A DNA stretch of 64,000 nucleotides from Octopus vulgaris (taxonomy: Eukaryota): the NCBI GenBank assembly GCA_951406725.2, contig OX597815.1:7254001-7318000 (forward strand), read 5' to 3'. The position numbers and the translations under genes are program-made. Positions 28,416-41,880 of this stretch are shown here, piece by piece. Within the stretch, counting starts at the first letter, position 1; each line of letters begins with the position of its first letter. The notes below the pieces were generated by a model, which was not told where the DNA came from, made no database searches, and saw only the letters and a list, made by a program, of their open reading frames with translations.

Positions 28416-29790
28416 CAGTGTTTGGGCTAAAATTGACGGTATGTACAAAAGGAAAAGAAAACACTAAATCCTATCCAAAATTGAAGTATTATTTTAAAAA
28501 ATCAAAAACTATAAACTAGATTATGTGATAACAGTTTCTTCAAAGTAGCTGCCCTCAGCTTCCATGACGGCTTCAAGACGGCTCCGGAATCTGGTGCATG
28601 CGTTCCTAACTGGGAAGATCTTCGAACAACTCCTTGATCTTGGCCTCCAGTTCGGCCTTGCTCAGAGCGGTTCGTGTCTTTCTCAAATGCGCCTCACACA
28701 TAGCAATCCAAGGAATTACAGTCGGAGGAATTAGAAGACCTGAAACTGACCTTCATGAAGTCGTAGAAATTTTCCGACAACCACTTCTGACTCTTTCAGT
28801 AGGTATGGCAAGGAGCCAAATCCTGCTGCCACAGATATGGCCTTGCAGTTGCAACCCTCTCCAGATTGGGATTGACCAAATGTCTCCTGCATCTTCAATT
28901 GAACCTAAGAACAACTCCTTGATCTTGGCCTCCAGTTCGGCCTTGCTCAGAGCGGTTCGTGTCTTTCTCAAATGCACCTCACACATAGCAATCCAAGGAA
29001 TTACAGTCGGAGGAATTAGAAGACCTGAAACTGACCCTCGTGAAGTCGTAGAAATTTTCCGACAACCACTTCTGACTCTTTCTGTAGGTATGGCAAGACG
29101 GAGCCAAATCCTGCTGCCACAGATATGGCCTTGCAGCAGCAACCCTCTCCAGCTTGGGATTGACCAAATGTCTCCTGCATCTTCAATTGAACCTAAGAAC
29201 AACTCCTTGATCTTGGCCTCCAGTTCGGCCTTGCTCAGAGCGGTTCGTGTCTTTCTCAAATGCACCTCACACATAGCAATCCAAGGAATTACAGTCGGAG
29301 GAATTAGAAGACCTGAAACTGACCTTCATGAAGTCGTAGAAATTTTCCGACAACCACTTCTGACTCTTTCCGTAGGTATGGCAAGACGGAGCCAAATCCT
29401 GCTGCCACAGATATGGCCTTGCAGTTGCAACCCTCTCCAGATTGGGATTGACCAAATGTCTCCTGCATCTTCAATTGAACCTAAGAACATGTTCAAAGAT
29501 GTGGAGACGAGTTTTGGTGTGTGGACGCAGTAAGGATGTCCGCTCTGTCCTTTTCCGTTGGTCACGGCTTCGTAGTCTCCTGTCCATGCCACGTCTGACA
29601 GTCTTTACAATGTTCACAGAGTATAAAGCAGCAGTCATGATATCAACATTTGATACCCGGCGCAAATCATCGTAGTACTCGTAACTCTTTTCTAATACTC
29701 TGTTCGTTTCCATTCCTCCATGTCAGTTAACTTTTTCCAGCTACAACTTCAGTCTTTATGCCCTCCAACACCGTTGACTATCCACCAATA
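28416..29790 (-). mobile_element. Tc1/mariner DD37D (maT-type) transposon remnant with the catalytic segment triplicated
   Basis: TA|CAGTGTTTGGGCTAAAATTGACGG terminus; WQQDLAP(S)CHT..SQKWLSENFYDF...DCNSLD with 37-38 residues between the Ds; C-terminus ACTRFRSRLEAVMEAEGSYFE; units 28624-28908, 28909-29196, 29197-29484. Confidence 0.8.
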
Positions 29791-30284
29791 CATCGAACTG
29801 TTCCTGGAAAAAGGAGACGTAAAAAGATCGTCAAATTCAATCCGAACATGTATAAAAACACACACTTGCATATACACACAAATACAACACACACGCATTG
29901 CACACAGACTAATACACACATTCACGCAATCACGATCCTTCTCTACACAAATACATTCCAATAATCACTGATTCCAACATCGTTTGACAACCGATGTTGG
30001 AGAAACAAACACAGACACAAATACACATACACACACATATACATATATATACGACGGGCTTCTTTCAGTTTCCGTCTACCAAATCCACTCACAAGGCTTT
30101 GGTCAGCCCGAGGCTATAGTAGAAGACACTTGCCCAAGGTGCCACGCAGTGGGACTGAACCTGGAGCCATGTGCTTGGTTAAGCAAGCTACTTACCACAC
30201 AGCCACTCCTACGTCCATAATAAAAGTAGAATTATATATATATATATATAGACAGACAGATAGATAGATAAATAGATAGATAGG

Positions 30285-30353
<69 letters not shown>

Positions 30354-31120
30354 GATAGATTGATAGATGATGGATGGATGGATGGATGGATGGATGGATA
30401 GATAGATGCATACATATATTAAAAAAAATATTTTTGTATTTGTTTTGCAGCATTCTTCATGTGAAATGGTATGTTGAAAGATATTGTGCTTTGTTAGTTG
30501 TATATTGTCAATAAAATACATAAGGGGCACAACATCGTCGATAACGTCTCCTTGCGTGACACTGAACTATGGCAAGTCAATTAATCAATTAATTTATTCA
30601 TTTATTTATTTATTATCTAATTATCTAATTACCTGATAAAAGAACAAGTGGAATACAACTATACAACTACATGTGATTTAATTGGTAACATGACTCTTCC
30701 AAAACAATATGTATATATATATATATATCGTTATGAATGACAACAGAAGTATTAGTTCAAAATAGCAATCTGTATATCATACTTTAAGCAGATATATTGT
30801 AGAAAGCCTGCTAAGCTGCAACACTTGTCTCGAGAATGTATCTCTTATAGATGCATAGTGTTAAAAAACATAAATATATCTGAAGCAAACATTTTCCAGC
30901 AGCGATGGATAGCAACGCGGATACCAATCCCACCGGAGTAACAAAAGGAACTACAAGGGAGGGGAAGCGGGTATTTTATAAATAACGGGCCATACCAAAA
31001 CATGTTCGCGATAAACCTGGATTCTATTTTGTGGGAAGTGAAAGCAGTGCTTAGGCAGTGTTTGGTGCATAAATAGGCACGTCAATAGGTCTCCTCTCTC
31101 TTCTCAGGGTCAATATTTTT

Positions 31121-31680
31121 AGAAACGTTAGCACGCCGGGAGAAATGCGTAGCGGCATTTCGTCTAGCGTTACGTTCTGAGTTCAAATTCCGCCGAGGCC
31201 GACTTTGCCTTTCCTCCTTTCGGGATCGATTAAATAAGTACCAGTTACGCACTGGTGTCGATATAATCTACTTAATCCGTGTGTCTGTCCTTGTTTGTCC
31301 AAGCCCCTTGTGGGTAGTAAAGAAACAGGTATTTTGTCTGCCGCTACGTTCTGAATTCAAATTCCGCCGAGGTCGACTTTGCCTTTCATCCTTTCGGGGT
31401 CGATTAAATAAGTACCAGTTATGCACTGGGGTCGATATAATCGACTTAATCCGTTTATCTATCCTTGTTTGTCCTCTCTGTGTGTAGCCCCTTGTGGGTA
31501 GTAAAGAAATAGGTATTTCGTCTGTCTTTGCGTTCTGAGTTCAAATTCCGCCGAGGTCGACTTTGCCTTTCATCCTTTCGGGGTCGATAAATTAAGTACC
31601 AGTTGCGTGCTGGGATCAATCTAATCGAGTGGCACCCTCCCCCTAAATTTCGGGCCTTCTACCTAGCGTAGTGAAGAATA
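31121..31680 (+). mobile_element. Group A SINE array whose last unit ends in the old-subfamily tail
   Basis: Truncated head, two bodies, then a third unit switching after GTACCAGTT to GCGTGCTGGGATCAATC...CCCCTAAATTTCGGGCCTT. Confidence 0.82.
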
Positions 31681-31949
31681 TTTTTAGTTTTTCCGTGACA
31701 TCTGAGTTACCTTAAATGCTGTGCTTTTAAATTGTTTGCTTCCGCGGATATACTCTACATCAGTGGGAAGTTTTAAATTACTCGGTTTTTCAGCTGCTAG
31801 ATATATTTTGACAATGAAGTGAAAGTTCGCTTATTCATGTGTCTGAACGAATGCATATGTTGTTTAAATCGAACTTTAAATGAGATCTTCGTAAAATATT
31901 TCCGCGCCATTCACATTTGAAACAACTGTTCTTTGCACAAGTTCCCTTT

Positions 31950-32425
31950 CAAGGCACTTATTGTCGTGGAAGTTCAATTGGTTCCGTTTCCGCAGTTGCT
32001 CAGCGTCCGGACATTGTTGACTTTGCGGAAACTATGTCGAATAGTTGGAATTGTGCGCAGGACGATTTCGGCAGTCAGCCAAGCGAGATAACGGTGGAGA
32101 GAGAATTATTGCGTTCCAGTAAATTTGCTGAAAGGTGTGCGACAGCGGCATGAATGTTACTCTTCGCCGGAGAACACGGCTTGGAGAAAGATTTTACACT
32201 TGGTAGTCAGGATTTTTTAAAAACTTCTTTGTTGGGTCTAGAGGAAGTAACGGGGCTCATAACCGTTGCGGGCCCTCAAAGCCTGGTAAAATTGGTTCCG
32301 TTAACCTTTCGAGGTATTTTGTATTATATTCCCACCCGTATACACATTTGTACATTTACGTACACCTCCATATGTTTTGTAGCTTCTTTTGTAGGACATT
32401 ATCTATGTAGCCCATGAGGGCATGT
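31950..32425 (+). mobile_element. L1/Tx1-like ORF2 C-terminus and 3' UTR remnant
   Basis: Degenerate zinc finger (..AVAQRPDIVD), ITVERELLRSSKFAERCATAA C-terminal pattern, terminal AGCCCATGAGGGC hairpin, then (TAG)n. Confidence 0.45.
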
Positions 32426-32441
32426 AGTAGTAGTAGTGGTA

Positions 32442-32517
<76 letters not shown>

Positions 32518-32614
32518 ATTTCACCAGGCGTGTCCATGTATAAAACCATATAATTGATTCATATTACCTTACATCTCTCTTTCCATAATACACCCACTCC
32601 AGACATATATGGAC

Positions 32615-32667
<53 letters not shown>

Positions 32668-33307
32668 TAGATAGATAGATAGATAGATAGATAGAGAGAT
32701 AGATGTATGTGTATGTATGTATATATATACACACACTGACATACATATATACATATGAGTGTGTATATATGCATATATATATATATATGTGCGTGTGTGT
32801 GTATGTATGAGTTTATAATATATATATATATATATATAATTTATATTACCATTAAATAACAAAGCTATTCGACGCTAGATACCTTAAACAAACGAAAAGA
32901 AAAAGAGTATAAAATAAAAACTGTGTGAAGAAAAACTTGGCTTCAAATCTTGCATTGTTATGAATTTTCCAGCAGTATTCTACGGTCTAATGATTCTTAA
33001 TAGACATTCACCATACCTGGTCGGGTTTGATAACGATATGGTCGCCTCTTTTGTGCTACACACGAATATAAGGACATCTATTAGTTATAATTGAGTTATC
33101 TACACCAGGAATAGCTGGCATACATACCTGTCTTACTGCTGCTGTTGTTGTTGTTGTTGCTGATGATAATGATGTTGTTGACGTGGATGTTTAGCCTCAG
33201 TTTTATCGTGCTAGGCATATGAAAAAAAAAGCCATGCCAGTTATGACCATCCCGTCTTAATTACAGGTAGCGGCTAACCCGGGACGACACTAATGCGTTT
33301 CTTACCT

Positions 33308-33659
33308 GGCGGAATTTGAACTCAGAACGTAGCGGCAGACGAAATACCTATTTCTATGTCTTTACTACCCACAAGGGGCTAAACACAGAGAGGACAAACA
33401 AGGACAGACAAACGGGTTAGGCCGACTATATCGACCCCAGTGCGTAACTGGTACTTATTTAATCGACCCCGAAAGGATGAAAGGCAAAGTCGGCCTCGGC
33501 GGAATTTGAACTCAGAACGTAGCGGCAAACGAAATACCTATTTCTTTACTACCCACAAAGGGCTAAACACAGAGGGGACAAACAAGGACAGACAAACGGA
33601 TTAAGTCGATTATATCGACCCCAGTGCGTAACTGGTACTTATTTAATCGACCCCGAAAG
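33308..33659 (-). mobile_element. Group A SINE bodies without head (about 2 units)
   Basis: Two GAAATAC|CTATTTC junctions; truncated on both sides and inserted in an older repeat. Confidence 0.82.
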
Positions 33660-34017
33660 ACTGTAGGACGTGTGCGTGTGTGTGTGATTTGAAGTGGGGA
33701 TTTGGCAGCTATTTCCACAAGATCGAACAATGCCGTTGAGGCGTTCAAGTCGACTCACCTGCGTTATTGTCGTTCATTGTCAATGGTGGCGGTCGGGGGT
33801 GTCGAGGCGACAGACTTGGTGACGGTGGTGGTGTTGATAATGACACTGAGTGAATTTACATTGTCAATAGTTGAATGATTTTTTTTTCCCTTCAGCTCTT
33901 CCATTCATATATATATATGTATTTGCGTGAATGCACAGAAACGCGCGAACACACACACACACACACACAGATTCGTGCAGATATATAAATAATATTTTTA
34001 TAAGCACTCATATTTCC

Positions 34018-34154
<137 letters not shown>

Positions 34155-34328
34155 GGTCTGTCTGTCTTCTGTCCATCCATATATTATATATATATTTATA
34201 TATTTATATCACCGTGATCACCGTGACCGACCAAGCTATCAGATGTTGCTACTCATCGCTGGTTACAATGCGCTTTGCATTGTTTTAGCCTTCAAGTGAC
34301 GCGACCCCGTTGGCTAAGCGAGCAGGCC

Positions 34329-34452
<124 letters not shown>

Positions 34453-34795
34453 TTGCAGCCAATATGTTCAGACCGGCATTGTTTTCGCCAGAAAAGTAGG
34501 TATAATTTTTTATCAAAGCTGTTTTATATTCTATAATTTTCACAGACAATAAATATGATATTATTTGTTATTGTTTGAGATTTTGGTGTAATTTGAGAGG
34601 ATAATACAAAAGTTATGGATGATTTAGTGATTTACTACAAAACCCATGGCGGCCAAAATGATCAGGCCTGGTTGGAAGCCCAAACTTTGAAAGGGGAATA
34701 CATTGACTAACATCATAATGAACTAATCTTCCTGTATTTTCTTTAACCCAAACCCAGGAACTTTTCTACACCCAGACGTGTCTGTATATATATGT

Positions 34796-34981
34796 ACCGT
34801 TGGCGATTTTTTTCCCTCTGTCTTCCCTTCTCTGGATCTTTCCTTCTCCTATGTTTCCGACGAAGAGCTCTGCTCGAAACGTTAAACCCTCCTTCTTTCC
34901 TTCTTTCCTGAGCGTCCAATAATACTACATTTGTTCCACGTCCTCGCGTTGTTGTGTTTTTTTGTGCTTTCTTGTTTGGAT

Positions 34982-34985
<4 letters not shown>
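34796..34985 (+). mobile_element. Solo Penelope-type pseudo-LTR fragment in (TA)n carrying a hammerhead-like motif (34853-34887)
   Basis: GTTT-CCGACGA-A-GAGC-TCT-GCTC-GAAA-CG-TT-AAAC; second copy inverted at 56843-57045. Confidence 0.6.
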
Positions 34986-35041
<56 letters not shown>

Positions 35042-35138
35042 CTCTCGCTTAGCCAGCGAGGTGGCGTCATTCGAAGGCTAAAACAATGCAAACGCATTGT
35101 GACCAGCGATGTGTAAAACATCTGATGGTCTGGTCGGT

Positions 35139-35194
<56 letters not shown>

Positions 35195-36005
35195 ATATAT
35201 ATATGTGTGTGTGTGCGTGAGTATCATGCTCAGAATTGAAAACCTACTAAGCTGCGGTATTCAAATCCAATAAACAGCCACCCAACGGCAGCAGGTGGCT
35301 CAAATCCTTCGAGAACGATCCGTTTGAAGTCATTGCAAACATTTGGATGTATGTGTTTGTGTGTGGCGGCGCTTGTTCCAATCAACTCAACCTCTTCTCA
35401 TGTGCGATGAGGATGGCGAAGTGAACTAAGGAGATTCAAAAACAATGATTTTCGCGATAGATGAAAGGAAGTCAGGAAATAATTGAATGAAGGAAAGCAA
35501 AAAGGAGAAATAAAGAGAGACAGAAGTACTGTGAAGGAAGGAAGGAAGAATGGAGAAATCAAAATGAAGACGCTCGAATAAGGGAGAATTTTGGTTGACG
35601 ATAAAGATTAAGACGATGAAAGATGGATAAATGGGAGCGGAGAATGATAGGTCAGAAGAGAAAGACATAATGGAGAGAGAGAGATATTAAAGAAATAAAG
35701 AGTTTGAACAGAAGAAAGAAAAGGGATAATTCAAAGGAAGGAAAAAGAAAAATAATGACTGGTCTGTTGTTATCACTGGTTGAAGGTTCGTTAAACAGAA
35801 TGGCGGAATACTGGATTTAATCGATATTACTGGTGTGAAGACGTGTGGCTGGCCTAGTGGTTAGGGTAGCTACACTCACGATGGTAAACTCGTGATTTCA
35901 AATCCCAGGCCGGGTGCTGCATTGTGATTCTGAGCAAAACACTTCATTTCATGTTGCTCCATGTATAAATGATTCAGTTGTAAATGGGCTCCAGCAATAG
36001 CTGGG

Positions 36006-36310
36006 TGGAGGCACATCGCTTAGTGGTTAGAGCAGCGGACTCGCGGTCGAGGGATCGCGGGTTCGAATCTCCGACCGGGCGATGTTTGTGTTTATGAGCG
36101 AAACACCTAAGCTCCACGCGGCTCCGGCAGAAGGTAATGGCGAACTTCTGCTGACTCTTTCGCCGCAACATTCTCTCACTCTTTCCTCCTGCGTCTTGCA
36201 GCTCATCTGCGACGGACTGGCGTCCCGTCCAGGTGGGGAACCTATACGCCAAGGAAACCGGGAAACCGGCCCTTATGAGCCAGGCGTGGCTCGAGAAGGA
36301 ACAAACAAAA
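36006..36310 (+). mobile_element. Group C SINE (head + M2 + tail Z) nested in an older group C copy (about 35833-36395)
   Basis: B box GGTTCGAATCTCC; TSD AATAGCTGGG at 35996-36005 and 36311-36320. Confidence 0.85.
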
Positions 36311-37340
36311 AATAGCTGGGAAGTTAAATCTGCAATGGACCGACGTCCCGTTCAGAGGAGAGGTGTTGTAAACTCAATCATTTGTACGTCATGAGAATAG
36401 CTTACGACATACCTAAGTATATTACTGGTATATATTTGATTAACCCTCAAAGATGCAAAATAAAATTGGGCCAGGTGGAATTTGAACTCCGAAAGTAAAG
36501 CAAAAGATTTATATCTCGGTGCGCTAACCGTTTCTTTGAAATTGGGAAACCATAAAGTATTAGGAGCTGGGAGTGGGTTCGATGATTGATTTATCGAATC
36601 AGATATGAAGGGGACTGTGCCCGTGAGATTTTCTGGTCCTTTTGGACTTTAGGGTGATTCATCGAAAATTTGGGAGGGATTTCTAGTGCTACGTGGGTCT
36701 GGAGAGAAAGGACTGAGAAACGTGCCTAACGTAAAGTTTGGAAGGTTAGAAAAAAGTGGAGATAATATGATACAGGTACTTAAGGGTGAGTTAGCATGAT
36801 TGTCAGGGTACGAGTGATGACCATAGTTTTGTGGTGGTGGTGGTGGTTCTTGTATGATGTTGGTGACTGTGGTATCGGTGATAGTAGTAGTGGCAGTGTT
36901 AGTAATGGTGTCGTGGTGGTGATGATAGTGTTGGTATTGATGATGGCAGTGGTGATGGGGATGGTGGTATTAAGAATGGATGTTGAGGTGATGATGGTGG
37001 TGACAGCGATAGTAGTGTAGTAGTAGTAGTAATAGTGATGTTGGTATTAGTGATGATGATGATGATGATGATGATGATGACGATTAAGGTGTTGTTGGTG
37101 GTGGTGGTGGATTTAGTGGTGGTTACGGTGGAGATGGTCGTGGTGTTTTAGTTGTATGGGCTTATAAAAGTGGAAGTGGTATTGGTGTGTATATGCGTTG
37201 TATGTATATGTGTGTCTGTTTGTGTGTGCTCACTCAAATATGTTTGTATATATCAATATATACCCGTCTCTCTCTCTATATATAGTCATATATATTTATA
37301 CAAGTGTGTATGTATGTGTTTGTGTGTGTGTGTGTGTTAA

Positions 37341-37656
37341 CTAACAAGAAGTGCTTCGTCTACTTCTTGTTAGCCAACTATATTTAACAGGTTCATGTAC
37401 ATTCGAACGTGGAAAGACCTTCGCTGCTGAAATTGTCTCAGGAGAAAACTTCCCCTCATGTATGTGAAAATATCATTAGGATATGAATGACGTCATCGGA
37501 CCGTAGGACGCACGAATTTCTGCATTGTTACGCATCATCAGCTACGGACACCAAAATCCGTCGTCCAATAACAGCCGTTGTCTTTCTGTCACTCTCTCTT
37601 TCTCTTTCTCTTTCTCTCTGTCTTTCTGTCTCTCTCACGTGTGTGTATTGCTTATA

Positions 37657-37748
<92 letters not shown>

Positions 37749-38305
37749 TGTATGTATGTATGTATGTATGTATGTATGTATGTATGTATGTATGTATGTA
37801 TGTATGTATGTATGTATCTTCACACACACGTATATTCACACGTGAATGTATATGTGCTAGCTATGTAGTATGCATATTCATGTATAAATGTTTAAATGGA
37901 TATAGCGATATAGATATAGGTGAGTATGTATATATGTATGTGTATAACCCAAGATGGCGGTTGTGATGTATCTGTTTCTTTTTGATTTTTGGTTGTTTTC
38001 CGAAGTCTGTAAAAGGGACTTTTTTTTTTTTTAAATAAAAGCTGGAATGAGTAGGCGGAGAGAGAGGTGTGGGGGTGATAAAACATTAACGAATAAAGAA
38101 AAAAGATAAAAATCACAACTAAAAAAAGCAAACAAAAGAACATATATATATATACATATATATAATGGCGGTAAAGGATGATGGTTTCACTAACAATCTA
38201 ATTATTCTCTACCGAACAAAAGTAAACGAAACCGGACCATCGGAGATGAGTTGGCGGAAAGAGAGAGGAAGGGGAGAGGCGGAAGAAAGAAGGAAAGGCG
38301 GAGGT

Positions 38306-38344
<39 letters not shown>

Positions 38345-38692
38345 GAGACAGAGAGAGAAACAGAGAGGGAGGAAGTTTGTTTCATGTATCTACTTACATC
38401 CTATGTATGGGTGCGTTTGTGTGTGGAATGCGTTGGAGCAGAAGCAGCAAAAGATAGCGGCAATTCGCCATATTGAAAATTTCTTTCCTCTTTTGAAAAT
38501 TTTTCATTCTTTGTTTGTCTAATGTATTGTGAAGCTTTTGTTTTGGTATTAACGTTACTTTATAGCATTTTTATTTTATATCTTCCTATCTTCTCTCATT
38601 TTCTCTTCCTTTTTGCTCTTTTCTCTTTTCTCTTTTTCATCTTTCATTTTTTCTTTTTTCATTTCGGTTCTTTTATTTCTAATTATTTCTTG

Positions 38693-38732
<40 letters not shown>

Positions 38733-38850
38733 GTCTCTCTTTCTCTTCCACTCTCTCTCTCCTTTCTCTTTCATTTTTTATTCATCTAAAACTCGGTCCG
38801 AGCCAGGAATGAGAAACTGGTGAATGAGAGAAAGAAACTGGGTATTACAC

Positions 38851-38883
<33 letters not shown>

Positions 38884-39439
38884 TGTGTGCACGCGCGCGC
38901 GATTGAGTGTGTGTGTTTGTGCGTCTATATATATGTGTGTGTGTGTACATATGTGTGTGCGTATAAATGTGTGTGTATAAATGTGTGTATGCATATGTGT
39001 ATGTATGTGTGTGTGCGTGTGTGTGTGTGTGCACGCGCGCGCGAGTGAGTGTGTGTGTTTGTGCGTCTATATATATGCGTGTGTGTGTACATATGTGTGT
39101 GTACATGTGTGTGTATGAATGTGTGTGTATGCATATGTGTATGTATATATGTGTGTGCGTGTGCATCTTTGTATGTATATGTGTAAATGTTGAGAGAGAG
39201 AGGGAGAAAGAGAAAGAGTGCGGAGAGCAAGAATGAAATGTTGGTATGGAATAGAGATTCAAGCTTTCATATACACAGACTCACAGACTCACAGACTCAC
39301 AGACTCACAGACACACAGACATTTTAGATAGACAGAGCAAAAAGACAGAGCAAAAGAAATATTTCTCCTCCGTCGCAGCCATCTTTACCACAAACGCCAT
39401 CATCAGCACTGCTGCCGCACAAGCAGTAACAACAATAGC

Positions 39440-39472
<33 letters not shown>

Positions 39473-39560
39473 AGCTGCATCAGTAACAGCAGCAGCAGCA
39501 GCAGCGGCGGCAGCAGCCATTTTTGCCTTTGAAGTCGGTTAACATCAAAGGAAGTCGGAT
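37341..39560. promoter_or_regulatory. Candidate promoter / regulatory island (no recognisable TE; CRE, CCAAT, YY1-type and TCF-type motifs)
   Basis: TGACGTCA 37488-37495, CCAAT 37565, AAGATGGCG 37951, CGCCATATT 38466, GCCATCTT 39378, GCCATTTT 39516, CCTTTGAAG 39526, ACATCAAAGG 39542. Motif evidence only. Confidence 0.3.
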
Positions 39561-39848
39561 TAGTGTTTCTTCAACGGAAGACAAAACTACTAACATCTCT
39601 TTAGTCATTGAATAAAACAAGATATTTGTGTGTAGCCATTACGACTGCCACCGTCGCCGCCGCCGCCACCACCACCACCACCACCACCATCACCGTCACC
39701 ACCACTACCACCACTACTACTTCTGGCTCCACCACTGCAGCAACTCTTACTACTACTACCACGACTTAAAAAATAAAAACCATCTCCACATCACCACCAC
39801 CACCACCACCACCACCACCACCACCACCACCACCACCACCACTACCAT

Positions 39849-39892
<44 letters not shown>

Positions 39893-39955
39893 ACTAACTA
39901 ACTAACAGCATCTCCACTACGAACCCCATCACCACCACCCGCAACAGCAGCGCCA

Positions 39956-40548
39956 CCTATTTCTTTACTACCCACAAGGGGCTAAACACAGAGCGGACAA
40001 ACAAGGACGGACAAAGGGATTAAGTCGATTATGTCGACCCCAGTACGTAACTGGTACTTATTTAATGGACCTCGAAAGGATGAAAGGCAAAGTCGACTTC
40101 GGCGGAATTTGAACTCAGAACGTAACGGCAGACGAAATACCTATTTCTTTACTACCCGCAAGGGGCTAAACACAGAGAGGACAAACAAGGACAGACAAAC
40201 GGATTAAGTCGATTATATCGACCCCAGTGCGTAACTGGTACTTAATTTATCGACCCCGAAAGGATGAAAGGCAAAGTCGACCTCGGCGGAATTTGAACTC
40301 AGAACGTAACGGCAGACGAAATACCTATTTCTTTACTACCCACAAGGGGCTAAACACAGAGAGGACAAACAAGGACAGACAAACGGTTTAAGTCGATTAT
40401 ATTGACCCCAGTGCGTAACTGGTACTTATTTTATCGACCCCGAAAAGATGAAAGGCAAAGTCGACCTCGGCGGAATTTGAACTCAGAACGTAACGCAGAC
40501 GAAATATGGCTACCCATTTCGCCCGGCGTGCTAACGTTTCTGCCAGCA
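39956..40548 (-). mobile_element. Group A SINE: head plus 3 bodies
   Basis: About 184-bp period, same junction, head slightly truncated. Confidence 0.9.
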
Positions 40549-41100
40549 GCACCACCACCATCATCAACTCCCACTACCACAACCTCTACCTCCTTCTCCT
40601 TCACCACCACAATTTCCAACATCGCCAGCACCACCGTCATCATGATCACCATTGCCTCACCGCAACCTTTAGCACCACCACAATACCAGCCGCTACCCAA
40701 TCACTGTCACACCACCTATGTCATCAATACAATCAACATGAAGGACTGTTGCTCGACTTGCTAGAAATACCAACCAAATGCCCCTTAACTAGCTCTCTCC
40801 TGTCTTAAGTAAGGAAAGGAGAAAATAATATAGTCTTTCCATAACTCTAAAAATGATGAGATGGTTACATGACAAATTTGCTTTATCAGGAATGATTCGG
40901 GACTAACAAAACAAAACAAAAAAAAACCTTGGGATTTCCTCTCCGTAACTTTGGCTAAGAACCAGTCAGGCAGCAAGGATCTTTTGGCTGAAATATCCAA
41001 GACAACAGTTCTTGATTTCCAATCATTCTGAGTTTGTAACATACTGGAACAAAACTAAAATACGATGTACCTCACATGGTAATTTTAGAAGAAAAAAAGG

Positions 41101-41880
41101 TGGTACATTTTGGTTATCTCACCCCTATTACAAAATTGGGTTATTTCACCCCGTTTTACGAGAAATATCGGTACTTTTGGTTATCTCCCTCAACAGAAAA
41201 CTTGTTTAACCCTCAATAAAAAAAACACGAAAATATTGGCTGTGTGGTAACTAGCTTCCTAACCAACCACATAGTTCCGGGTTCAGTCCCACTGCGTGGC
41301 ATCTTGGGCAAATGTCTTCTGCTATAGCCCCGGGCCGACCAATGCCTTGTGAGTGGATTTGGTAGACGGAAACTGAAAGAAGCCCGTCGTATATATGTAT
41401 ATATATATAAGTGTGTGTGTATATGTTTGTGTGTCTGTGTTTGTCCCCCTAGCATTGCTTGACAACCGATGCTGGTGTGTTTACGTCCCCGTCACTTATT
41501 GTTCATCAAAAGAGACCGATAGAATAAATACTGGACTTACAAAGTATTAGTTCCGGGGTCGAGTTGCTCGATTAAAGGCGGTGCTCCAGCATGGCCGCAG
41601 TCAAATGACTGAAACAAGTAAAAGAGTAAAAGAGTAAAAGAGAGAGTATGAAAACTGACAAAAATCAAAAATCTTACAGAATCTGATATTTTTATAACAA
41701 TTCATTCCATTCCTATTGAAGAGGCAAAGACTCAACAATGTGTTGAAGTATTGAATCAAAAGGATCGAACTCTTTTAATCCAATCTCTTGTTGTAACATT
41801 AACTCATCATTTTAGAGGGGAGACAACCCAATTTTTTAATGGTAATTTTTTAATGGGGGTGAGATAACCAAAAAGTACCA
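41101..41880. mobile_element. Non-autonomous TIR DNA transposon, interrupted by a group B SINE
   Basis: TGGTACATTTTGGTTATCTCACCCC at 41101 and GGGGTGAGATAACCAAAAAGTACCA ending at 41880; motif repeated internally at about 41170; superfamily unclear. Confidence 0.65.
41237..41645 (+). mobile_element. Group B SINE, near full length
   Basis: Colinear with the other group B copies. Confidence 0.88.

Noticed and set aside
36006-36080. Functional tRNA genes at SINE heads
   Set aside because: A and B boxes are present but run directly into SINE bodies bounded by TSDs; cloverleaves are incomplete.
39305-39520. MAAAAAAAAAA ORF as a first coding exon
   Set aside because: Built from (GCT)n and (GTT)n repeats, with no recognisable domain or splice support.
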